Shown here in pieces: positions 45,900-55,798 of a DNA stretch of 64,000 nucleotides. The stretch is from Rebecca billardiae RCC1528 (lineage: Eukaryota > Protista > Haptophyta). The translations under genes and the position numbers were made by a program. Within the stretch, counting starts at the first letter, position 1. Every line of letters starts with the position of its first letter. The stretch lies in the NCBI GenBank assembly GCA_965240325.2, contig OZ251240.1, positions 1,054,001 through 1,118,000 of the forward strand, given 5' to 3'. Under the pieces are notes generated by a model. The model did not search any database. It had not been told where the DNA came from and was given only the letters and a program-made list of their open reading frames with translations.

Positions 45900-47715
45900 A
45901 TGACCGCCGCGGTGGACTCGGTGCGCGACGAGCTGCGCGCGACGTACGGCCTGCGCGGCGACGAGGAGCAGCTCGCGCACCTGAGCGCGCGCACGCTCGA
46001 GCAGAACCGCCTCCTCGAGGGGCTCGCCGCCCGGCTGCGTGCCACGGGCGCCGAGCTGGGCGAGGCGCGCGAGCGCGCGCACGTTGCTGCCGACGAGGCG
46101 GCGACGCACGCCGCCGCGGCCGCGCAGCTCGAGCGCGAGGCGACGACGCTGGAGGAGGAGCTGCAGGGCACGCGCGCCGAGCTCTCGCAGCGCGCGCGCC
46201 GCGCCGAGAGTGACGCCGCCAGGCAGCGCGCCGCGCTCACCTCCGAGCGCAAGGCGCGCGCGGCCGAGAGCGAGTCGCTGCGCGCCGAGCTCGCGCGCGC
46301 GCACGAGAAGCTCGCGCTCGAGGTGCGCCACCGCAAGTCGATCGACGCGCACTCAAAGCACCTGCGCGAGAAGCTCGACGCGCTCAGCGCGAGCGAGGCC
46401 GCCTCCGCCGCCGCCAAGCACGACGCGACCGCCGAGCGCGACGCGGCGCGCCGACTCCGTCGAGAGCTGGACTCGGCCCGCGAGAGACACGCGGCGGTTG
46501 TGGAGGGCCTGCGCCGCGAGCACGGCGCGCAGCTGAGCCGGCTCGAGGGCGAGCACGCGGCGCAGCTCGCCGCCGCGCGCAAGGCCGCGGCACGAGCGGC
46601 GCGCCCGCGCGCCGCCGTCGCGCCCGCCGGTCAGGGCGCGCGCCCGACGGCTGCTGAGGCAGCCATCACGGCGGCGCTGGGCAAATCGCTTGCTGAGGCC
46701 GAGGCGCAGGCGCGCGCGAGCGGGGCGCGGCTCGGTCGGCTCGAGCGCGAGCTGCACGCGTGCCGCGCGCGCGAGGCGGAGGAGGCCGCCTCGGCGGACG
46801 AGGCGGCGGGCGTGGCGAGCGTTTCTTTTCACACGCTCACTGCCGAGCTGGCCTCTCTCGAGGATGGGGTGGGTGCGCTGCAGAGCGCGCTTGTGCGGGC
46901 GGAGCGGGGGCTGCGCCGCGCGGCGGGGCAGGCGACCGCGCTCGAGGCGGCGCGCGCCGCCGCCGAGCTCGAGGCCGCCGCGCTGCGCGCGCGCACGCCG
47001 CTGCCGATGCCGCCGCACACGCCCGCTCCGCCGCCGTTGCGCAGCGGTGCCGGCGGCGGCAGTGTGCCGTGGTCGCAGCTGGGTGCGCCGGCGCGCGCCG
47101 AGGCGCAGCGGCAAGGCGGCGGCGGCGGCGAGGGTGAGCCTGAGGGTACGCGCGCACGAGGGCTCGGCGGCGCCGAGCTCGAGGCCGGCGCGACGGCTCA
47201 GGGCGCGTGCGCTACCCGCTGGTCAGTACCGCCGCCGCCGCCGCGGCCTCCTCCGTCCACTGGCGCAACCGCCGCCGCGCACCGCCGCCCGCCTTACGCA
47301 AGCAGTGACTCAACTGGCGCCGTGCGCGGCGGCAGCCCGGCCGCGCCGCCCAACACACCCGCCACGGCGCTCGGCAGTGTCGCTGGCGGGAGCGGGCGGC
47401 ACGCAAGCCCGGAGAGCGAGCTCTTTGCACAGGCGTACCAGGACACATTTGCCGCTGACGCGTGGCGGCGCGCGGAGGCGCGCGCACGCGGCGGCGCAGC
47501 CGCGCTCGGCGGAGGCGGCGGGCGGCTGGCGGGCGCGGAGCACGCGGGCGCGCCGCCGCCGGCCTCTGGCGAAGCCGCGGCTCTCGCGGCCGCGCGGCGT
47601 GAGCTGCGCGCTGTCGAGGCGCGCGCAGCCGCGGCGGCGCGCGCGGCCGGCACCATTGCCGGCGCGCGCGCGGGCGCCGATGCCGCCGCGCACCTGCAGT
47701 CTCAGATGGCGGCCG

Positions 47716-47746
<31 letters not shown>

Positions 47747-48707
47747 CTCGGGGGCAGAGCTCGCCACCACCACCGCCACCACGAGCCCAACCACCGCAAG
47801 TCTGCGCGCGCAGCTGCGGCAGACGCAGCGCGCGCTCGAGTCCGCGCGCCAGAGCGCCGCGAGCGAGCTGGAACGTGAGCGAAAGTTCGCGGAAACGGCG
47901 CGCTCAGACGCCGAGGCGCGCTGGAGCGGCGTGGCGCGCGTGTCGGAGGAGGCGGCGCGCGACGCGCTCGCGCGCGCGAGGGCGGTCGCGGACGCGTCGC
48001 GCGCGCTCGAGGCGGCCGCGGAGGCGGAGGCGGAGGCGCGTGACGCGGCAGAGGTCGAGCTGACGAGCGCGCGCCAGGCGGCGGAGGCGGAGGCGCGCGC
48101 AGTGCGCGACGTCGCGGGCGCGCTGTGCGATGCGCTCTCGCGCGCGCTCACGATGAGCCCGCGCGCCGCCAGCCCGGCTCGCGCGCGCCGCTCGCCCTCG
48201 CCCGGGCGCGCGCGCCGGCGGCGCAGCGGCGGCGCCCGAGCCGGCGCGGGCGGCGGCGCGCTCGCGCTGAGTAACAGCCGACAGCTCGAGCGCGCGGCGG
48301 CGGCGGCGGCGGCGGCGGCGGCAGAGCTGAGCGAGTCGTCTGACACGCCGCTCGCGCCCGCGCTCGCCGAGCTCGCCGAGCTGGTCGCGCGCGTGCTCGG
48401 CGCCGCAGCTTCGGCGGGCGCGGCGCGCGACGACGACGCAGCCGAGACGGCGCGTGCGCGCAGCGAGGCGGAGGCCGAGGCCGAGGCGGAGCGTGCGCAC
48501 GCGGCCGCGCTCGGCGTGGCCGCAGAGCAGGCGCAGGCGCGCGTGCGCACGCTCGAGGACGAGCTGGAGGCGGTGCGCGCCGAGCTGGCGCGCGCGCACG
48601 CGCAGTGCCACGCGCAGGAGAGCGCGCTCGGCGCCGTACACCGGCTGCGCAACGCGTGGGCGGCGAGCGCGCGTGACATCCGCGCGGCCAATCATCACCC
48701 CCGCTGA
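45900..48707 (+). CDS. Ala/Glu/Arg-rich coiled-coil protein with a polyQ tract
   Basis: 935-aa ORF from an ATG. Heptad-like segments flank a low-complexity middle; (CAG)9. Confidence 0.75.
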
Positions 48708-49238
48708 CGCGCGAAGCCCCCGCGCCAAGCAGCCGCGACGATGATGATCGATGACGATGTCTGATGATAACGACGATGCTGCTGCGCATGATGATCATGG
48801 CAGATGATGCGATGATGAGGATGATGACGGCGATGACGACGGCATGACGTCACATCATCAAATATGTACATTATTCCATCATATATATATTATTTATAAA
48901 TAATTTATTATTTGTTTTTTCGGCGGCGGCCTCGGCCCTCAAGGCTCAGCCGTAGGCGTAGTTATTAATTATTAGTTAATCCGCGTAGGCAGGCCGTAGT
49001 CAGCGGCCTCAGCCCCTCACTCCTCAGGCTCAGGCCGACGATCGCCGATATAGTATCGTCGCGGGGTACCCCGAGCCGTGGCCGGCCAACCCGGGCGGAT
49101 ATAGCAGCAGCTGACAACATCACTTGTGCAGCAGCAGAACGATGCATGATGACGAATTGATGATGACAGCACACGGTCTGAGGACGGTGACGCGGCGGGC
49201 GGCGGGGCGCGCAGTTGTCGCTCGGCGGTGCCACGCGT

Positions 49239-51215
49239 CTAGCTCCGCCTCGCCGCCGCCACCGCCGCATGATGCCGCTTATCCCAGCGCGAGAAGCCGT
49301 ACGTCACCAGCCGCATCCGCCGGTTGATCGCCGGCGAGTCCGGGAGCTCCATGCCGACCGCGATCGGCGCGAGCGCTGCAAAGGAGAGAGTGCACGCGCA
49401 CAGCAGTGCACACAGCAGCGCCGAGCGCGCGCGCGGCCGCCAGCCACTCGTGGCACGGTCGAAGGTGACGGCGGCGAGGAGCACGCAGAAGCCGAGCGCG
49501 GGCATGAAGTGGTACACGAACGCCACGCGCCCCACCAGCACGAAGGGCAGCCAGTTGCACAGCACGCCGAGCACGCACAGCCTCTCGTTCCACGCGCGGC
49601 GCGCCTCCGCCTCCTCCGCGCGCGCCGAGAGAGGCAGCTGCGCCGCCGCGGCGCGCCGCCGCGCGGAAGGGCGCCGCCCGGGCGCGAGAGCGTGGTACGC
49701 GGCGAGCGCGGCCCAGCGGAGGCCGCAGTACAGCGCGGCGGCCGACGCGAGCCGCCACGTCGTCGGGTTCCCGAAGAGCCAGATGGCGGCGGGCCCGCGC
49801 GTGGGCAGCCGGCCGGCCGCGCCGGCCGCGCCGGCCGCGCCGGCCGCACCGGAGCCAAGCGCGACCGCCCCTGCCTCGGCGGGCAGCTCGGCGCTGCGGC
49901 CCATGATGCGCGCTACGCGCTCGAGGAGCTTGCGCCCCGCGCCGCGCACGCCGCCCGTGCCACTGCTCACCCCCTTCGACCAGTACAAGATCGGCCGCAG
50001 CCCGAACGGCCACTCGTACCACGTCGACGAAAATGCATGCCCGCGCGACACGCCCGCGTTCGCCGTGAGCATGCGAACGTTAAGCTCGAGGTACAGTGTG
50101 ACGAAACCGCGGTGCGAGTTGGACGGGTCGGTGAGGGCGGTGTTGAACGAGCGGCTCATGAAGGCATCGCCCGGCCCGCTCGTGCGCACCAGCGCGAAGT
50201 GCACCGCGAACGCCGCCGCGTAGATCGCGGCCGGCAGCAGCAGCAGCAGCACAAAGCGCGCGGCAAACTCTGCGCCGAGGTCGTTGGACGCACGGCGCGT
50301 GGCGGTGCACGCGGCGGCGGCGGCCTCGCGCAGCCGGGCGAGGAGCGAGGCGGGCGCGCTCTTCGTCCGCGCCTCGTCCTCCACGAGCAGCGCCGCCGCG
50401 CGCCGCCTGTGCATCTCCGCCCGCGACGGCCAGCGCGCGCCGATCTGCGCGAGCAGCGCGCGCACAGACTCAATGCCTACCACCGCCATGCAGCCGAGGG
50501 CCGTCCATTTGGTAGAGGTGGCAAAGCCAATGGCCGCGCCGCAGAGCGCGAGCCAGCGCAGCCACGCGGCGGAGAAGGTGGGCGCCGCCTGCGCGCGCAG
50601 CGCCGCGTACAGCTGCGCTGCGTCGAAGAGCAGCATCGTCGCGTCCATCAGCAGGAGCCGCCCCTCGGTGAGGTGGGCCGTGTCTGTCAGGAGGAGCCAG
50701 CCGGCGAGGATGCTCGCGTGGCGCGAGCAGCCGAGCGCGGCGGCGGAGGCGGCGGTGAGCGGCACGATCAGCGTGGAGGAGAGCGCCGGCAGCGCGCGCA
50801 GCGCGAACAGGTTGAGCTCCGCCACCACCGGCTCGCCGATCCGTTCGAACTGCTGCGCCTGAAGCGCCGTCGGGTCGCAGCCGAGCCACGCGAACAGCGC
50901 GAGCAGCAGCTTGCCCATGGGCGGGTGGATGTCGAAGTAGTGCACGCCGCCGAGCGTGTCCCGCACGAACTTGCCAAAGTGCACCTCGTCGAATACCACC
51001 TCGCGCGGGTGCGTCAGGTACGAGAAGCGCGTCGCGGCGGCGAGCGCGCCGAGCGCGAGCAGGTCGATCGAGCGCACGCCGTCGTGACGCGCACGGGGCG
51101 GGTCGTCGGGCGGCGCGGATTTGGCAGCCGCGCCGTCGAGGCGCGCTTGGCGCTGCGCCTCGGCGTCGTCGAGGGCGCCGCCGCCCTCGCTCGGCCGCCG
51201 CCGCAGCCCGAGCAT
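49239..51215 (-). CDS. PMT: Dolichyl-phosphate-mannose:protein O-mannosyltransferase (PMT/POMT, GT39), lacking MIR domains
   Basis: VVFDEVHFGKF..YFDIHPPMGKLL; ATSTKWT; HAFSSTWYEWP..RPI; IWLFGNP; NWLPF..RVAFVYHFMPALGF. Confidence 0.92.
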   Translation of the reverse strand: MLGLRRRPSEGGGALDDAEAQRQARLDGAAAKSAPPDDPPRARHDGVRSIDLLALGALAAATRFSYLTHPREVVFDEVHFGKFVRDTLGGVHYFDIHPPMGKLLLALFAWLGCDPTALQAQQFERIGEPVVAELNLFALRALPALSSTLIVPLTAASAAALGCSRHASILAGWLLLTDTAHLTEGRLLLMDATMLLFDAAQLYAALRAQAAPTFSAAWLRWLALCGAAIGFATSTKWTALGCMAVVGIESVRALLAQIGARWPSRAEMHRRRAAALLVEDEARTKSAPASLLARLREAAAAACTATRRASNDLGAEFAARFVLLLLLPAAIYAAAFAVHFALVRTSGPGDAFMSRSFNTALTDPSNSHRGFVTLYLELNVRMLTANAGVSRGHAFSSTWYEWPFGLRPILYWSKGVSSGTGGVRGAGRKLLERVARIMGRSAELPAEAGAVALGSGAAGAAGAAGAAGRLPTRGPAAIWLFGNPTTWRLASAAALYCGLRWAALAAYHALAPGRRPSARRRAAAAQLPLSARAEEAEARRAWNERLCVLGVLCNWLPFVLVGRVAFVYHFMPALGFCVLLAAVTFDRATSGWRPRARSALLCALLCACTLSFAALAPIAVGMELPDSPAINRRMRLVTYGFSRWDKRHHAAVAAARRS

Positions 51216-51890
51216 TCTCGCCGGGCGCGTGCGCGGTGTCCGCGCAAGGCCTCGCCGTCGTCGACTGCGAGTGTCCGGCTGATCGCCTTGATTGATGAGC
51301 GACAAGTGCTTGCTCAGCACTGAGCTGGCGCCCTGCTGATCAACATCATGCACTGTTTGCATTTGCAACAACTCACTCAACTGCTTCACCCGCCGCCCAA
51401 CAGCTGCTGACAATTGTTCGAGCATCACAGCATTGTCAGTGATTCTGAGTCCCACGACATCATTGGCATGGCCTGGCCCTCGAATGTCTCAGACGTCTGG
51501 GCACCAGCAGCTGGCAGAGTCGCGAAAGACGACGCTGCGCTGAGTGCCCGTGGGCCAAGCCTTGCGTTCCCAACGAGGCAACGACGCGGCGCACGTGTAA
51601 TTTTGAGCGCGCGCAGACAGGACCCGGACCGGGCCCTTGGTCATCGGTGACGGTAGGAGGTCGCGGTGCCGCAGCGCCGCACCAACTCCAGGGCCACAAC
51701 GGCACTGGGCATACGAGAGCAACGCAGCCCCGTCATTGCTGGAATGCACTGCGGGGACTGGTGGCCAACCATGTGCGCGTGGGCTGCATGCGCTGACCCG
51801 ACCATGGAGTGCGCAGAGCTGTGCCCGCGAGGCAGCTCAGCAGCCGCACGCTGCAGTGGCATTCCAGTTGAGAACCCGACTGAAGGCCCA

Positions 51891-52391
51891 CTAGCTCACC
51901 ACGCAGTTCTCCATGCTGGGCATATCGAGCGCGTCGCGCCCTTCGCGCAGACGGTACTCTGCGGCGGCCTTTGCGCGCAGGGCGTTCTCGCGCTCGCTTG
52001 CGGGGAGCGAGTCGCACGCGAGAGTGCGATCGAACGCAGCCACGGCCTTTTCCGATCGCTCGAGCCGCGGCTCCATCTTCATGAGCGCGAGGCCCTGGCG
52101 CCAGTGGGACTTCCAGTTCATCGCATCGAAGTCGGCGGCGAGCTGCGCGTCCGCCAGCGCCTTCACAGCCTTGTTCTCGTAGAGGTACGACGCAGACCTG
52201 TTGCACAGGATGATTGCGGCCTGTTTGCACAGCTCGGGCGGCAGCGCGGCCGCGTCCTCCTCGTCGTCGAGGTCGGGCAGGAGCTTCACCGCGCGCGAGT
52301 ACGCGGCGATGGCCTCGGGGTACGCCTGCTTCTTGTACTCTTCGTTGCCCTCCGCCTTGATCGCCAGGAGCTGCTCGAGTAAATCCGCCAT
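51891..52391 (-). CDS. Small TPR protein with C-terminal CaaX (CVVS)
   Basis: KAEGNEEYK..AIAAYSRAV; ILCNRSASYL..ALADAQLA..WKSHWRQGLAL, a carboxylate-clamp-type TPR. Ends in CVVS*. Confidence 0.88.
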   Translation of the reverse strand: MADLLEQLLAIKAEGNEEYKKQAYPEAIAAYSRAVKLLPDLDDEEDAAALPPELCKQAAIILCNRSASYLYENKAVKALADAQLAADFDAMNWKSHWRQGLALMKMEPRLERSEKAVAAFDRTLACDSLPASERENALRAKAAAEYRLREGRDALDMPSMENCVVS

Positions 52392-52631
52392 CCGTTGGCC
52401 GACGCGACCGTGCTCGCGCCCTCGGACTCGCGCGCCGCGCTGACCAACCGCCCGCGAGTCTCGAGATCCGATCTCGTCTCGCCAAGGATCCTGCCCGCCG
52501 CCGCGGCCGCCGCCGCTGGCTTGGGACGTCAACCCCCGAACCGGTCCGGAGCGATTGCACCTCCCGGACGACACCCCCCCCCAGTGGGGGGGTGTCTCCG
52601 GCGCGCCGCCTGCTGCGCCAACGGCGTCAGG

Positions 52632-53735
52632 CCAAGGTCAAAGGGTGGCAAGGGTGGTCAGGGTCGCCGACTCCAGCGGAGTCCGGCGCCGGAGCTTCGC
52701 TTACAGATTTTTGCAGCGGAGCGGCGCGCGCGGCCGCCGCCGCTGCGGCGGGCCGCTCGGGACGTGCACGGCGTGGGCTCGTGCGGCCGCTGCCGCGCAC
52801 GCCGAGCGATCTGGCGCGGTGTCGCGGCTGGTTGATGGCCTCGCGCGCCGCAGCGCGCCGCGCGCCTTGCCTGACTTCGCCTGTCTCGCGCCTTGGCCGC
52901 CGTGCACTCATGCGCCGCCAAACCGCAAGCTCGGCATACCTCTCAGCCGAGCGTGCACGTGCCTTGCGCGACGCGACGCGGGCATTGCCGCCGGGCGATG
53001 TAGGCGTAGTGTGAGCGCGCGCCGTGAAGCCTCGGCGCGGATCGAGAACAATGAAATGATGCCGCGTACGCGCGTGGACCGTCTGTTCGTTGAGCAGTGC
53101 AGAAAGCTGCACGACTGACTCTCTTGCCGGGGCGATCGTCACGTCGCATCGTCACGCAAGGCTCACACACACGTCATAGTGGCCTTCGTCGTTTTGGCTA
53201 CAACGCTCGACTAGAGTTCACGAGTCGCAGCGTCGCGATATCCCATCGTTCAACGGAGGACCGTGGTGATGTCCATTGGTGGTTGATGCGTCAGCAGTTG
53301 TCGACAGCTGACCGAGACGTTGAAGACACTCTCGATCCGCGCCGAGGCTTCACGGCGCGCGCTCACACTACGCCTACATCGCCCGGCGGCAATGCCCGCG
53401 TCGCGTCGCGCAAGGCACGTGCTCGCTCGGCTGAGAGGTATGCCGAGCTTGCGGTTTGGCGGCGCATGAGTGCACGGCGGCCAAGGCGCGAGACAGGCGA
53501 AGCCAGGCAAGGCGCGCGGCGCGCTGCGGCGCGCGAGGCCATCAACCAGCCGCGACACCGCGCCAGATCGCTCGGCGTGCGCGGCAGCGGCCGCACGAGC
53601 CCACGCCGTGCACGTCCCGAGCGGCCCGCCGCAGCGGCGGCGGCCGCGCGCGCCGCTCCGCTGCAAAAATCTGTAAGCGAAGCTCCGGCGCCGGACTCCG
53701 CTGGAGTCGGCGACCCTGACCACCCTTCGGCTTGG
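52632..53735. mobile_element. Non-autonomous long-TIR element (398-bp arms 52650-53047 and 53330-53727; 282-bp spacer)
   Basis: Arms are reverse complements; I see two mismatches. Outer CCAAG..CTTGG termini are flanked by direct TCAGG at 52627-52631 and 53736-53740. Confidence 0.8.
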
Positions 53736-53791
53736 TCAGGCCAGGCGTTCGCCTCGCCGTCGCCAAAGGCGCTTGCGCCGCTGCGGCGGGC

Positions 53792-54783
53792 ATGGCGCGC
53801 GTCAATCTGACTGACGGCCTCCCAGACGGCGTGATCCTCGCGCGCGAGGACGGCGCGCTGTCCGTGTACACTGCCCGCTTCACAGCCGGTGCTGGGGGCG
53901 ACCTCCGCTTCGCAGGCGCGCCCGCTCCTGGAGCGATTGCGCTCCATGCTGTGCGCGTGGCGGATTGGTTCCCGACGCCGGCCAAATGCAAGGGCACCGG
54001 CGGGTTCCTGCTTCCCGGCGCCGCAGATGCGCTCGGCCTCGTCGTCGGCTTCGAGGTGGTCCGCGAGCCCGCCCACTTCCGCTCGATCGAAACCGCGGTT
54101 GAGTGGCGCGGCGCTGGCGCCGAGCGGAAGCGGGTGTTTCGAAATGTGATGTGGATGCAGCCAGCCCGCGACAGCTGTGTGCGCCGTGCGGCAGCTGCTC
54201 GTACGCCCGGCGGTGTGCGCGCTGTCGGCGGCGCACAAGGATGCGCTCAAGCCTCTCGACGGCCAGGTGACGGCTGGCGACCTGATGCCCGCGCTCGTCG
54301 CGGCCGCGGCACGCCTCTTGCCTGGTCTCGAGGTGCCGGCGCCGGCGGCCGCGGCCGCGCCCGCAGAGCACGCGGGTACGGCAGCAGCGGCGAGAGATGG
54401 AACCGCCGTCGATGGGCTCGACGCCCACCTAGAAGAAGACGAAGAAGTCCGGCGCGGGCGATGGCGGCAGCGCGAGCGCGCGCGCGTGCCCCGCGCCAGC
54501 GCTGGCACAGTGCACCGCATGCCGCGCGCTCGGCATCTGCGAGTGGGTGAGGAACGGGCATGCGAGCAGCGCCTGCCCGTGCGCGTCACCGCATCCGGGT
54601 GCGTCGTCGAGCGAGATCACGCCACGGCAGGCGGCGGCCAAGCACGAGTCCGCCATCGCCACCGCGATGAAGTTCTCGGTCAAGACGGAGACGCGCGCGG
54701 ACCGTCTGTCGTGCCCGAGCTCACCTCTGCACGGCGCGCGTACTGTGCGCTTTGGCGCGCCGCTTAAACTACTGTACCGATAA
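53792..54783 (+). pseudogene. Frameshifted coding remnant with a CCHC zinc-knuckle-like motif (probably transposon-derived)
   Basis: Coding-like text moves across three frames (MARVNLTDG..MQPARDS / CAVRQLLVRP..LEEDEE / AQCTACRALGICEWVRNGHASSACP). The first shift is at tgtgtg ~54176-54181. Confidence 0.4.
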
Positions 54784-55798
54784 ATATATGTGATGATGAG
54801 CGCTGATGACACTGATGCATCAGCAAATCGCGCAGTGATGATGACGATGTATATGTAAATCAACCAGGCTGTGCAGTCTTATTTTAAAGCGACTACGACT
54901 ATCCGAGCAGGTCGCTACGCGGCCCACGGCCACCGCGTCCGCGGCACCGACTACGTCTACTGTACTGTGGCAGGCGGCACGCGCGCGCGCGCGCACGCCA
55001 CCCACGCCAACAGAGACAGAAGGGCCGGTCTGGTGGGTACGAAGTGGTCGAACGCGAGCGTGCACAGCGGCATCGCCTGCGTCTGGCGTGATGAACTCGG
55101 AGCGGAAGGTCGAGAGTCGACAAGGCCCATGTGCCGGGACGTCACAGAGCAGGGCCGCTCGGCACTCCTCGGCAGCATCGACGACATGGCGGCCTGTATC
55201 AGCGTGCCCATGGGGCATCTTGGACCGGGGTACTCACAGACGACCCCCAGGCTGCGGCTGGCACCGATTCGCCCGCTGGGAAGCGAAGGATGCCTCCATG
55301 CAGAGCATACCCTGCGGGCTGCCGCGAGGTGCACCATTCGTGAGTTACGCGCGCAGTGCGCGAGCACTTGCCAGTGGCAAGGGCGCGCGCAGAACGCCGG
55401 GCGCGTGCGCCCGAGCGGTGTATAACATGCGTGCCCACTCGCCCATGCCGTGCCCCGACCTTAATTGGCCCTATCCGCGCCGAGCGCGCGCCCTTGGTGC
55501 GCGCGCCGGCTCGCTTGGCAGGCGTTGATGGCTTGGCAGCGGGCTACTGCGCGCGGCGAGGAGCGCGAGAGGACAGGAAAAGAGGCGCGCGCGGTGCCCA
55601 CGTGTCCTGTGGACCGCGCCGATCAGCCGCGCCGGCCTGCAGCGCCGGTAGGCGGACGCACGCGCGCCTCTCGTGGGCGCGCCATCGTGTCCGGGCCGCT
55701 GCGAGCCCGATCTCGGGGGTTGACGTCCCAAGCCGCTGGGCAGCCGGCGCCAAGCCCAAAGCTCAAAGCGGCCGCCGCGCTTTGGAGCTCCTTGAAGG

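Noticed and set aside
52569-52596. GACACCCCCCC..GGGGGGGTGTC hairpin (Helitron end or terminator?)
   Set aside because: No CTRR end or matching 5' TC context. Bacterial terminators do not apply here.
54871-55425. 184-aa ORF downstream of the zinc-knuckle remnant
   Set aside because: No upstream ATG and no domain signal; may be more decayed element sequence.
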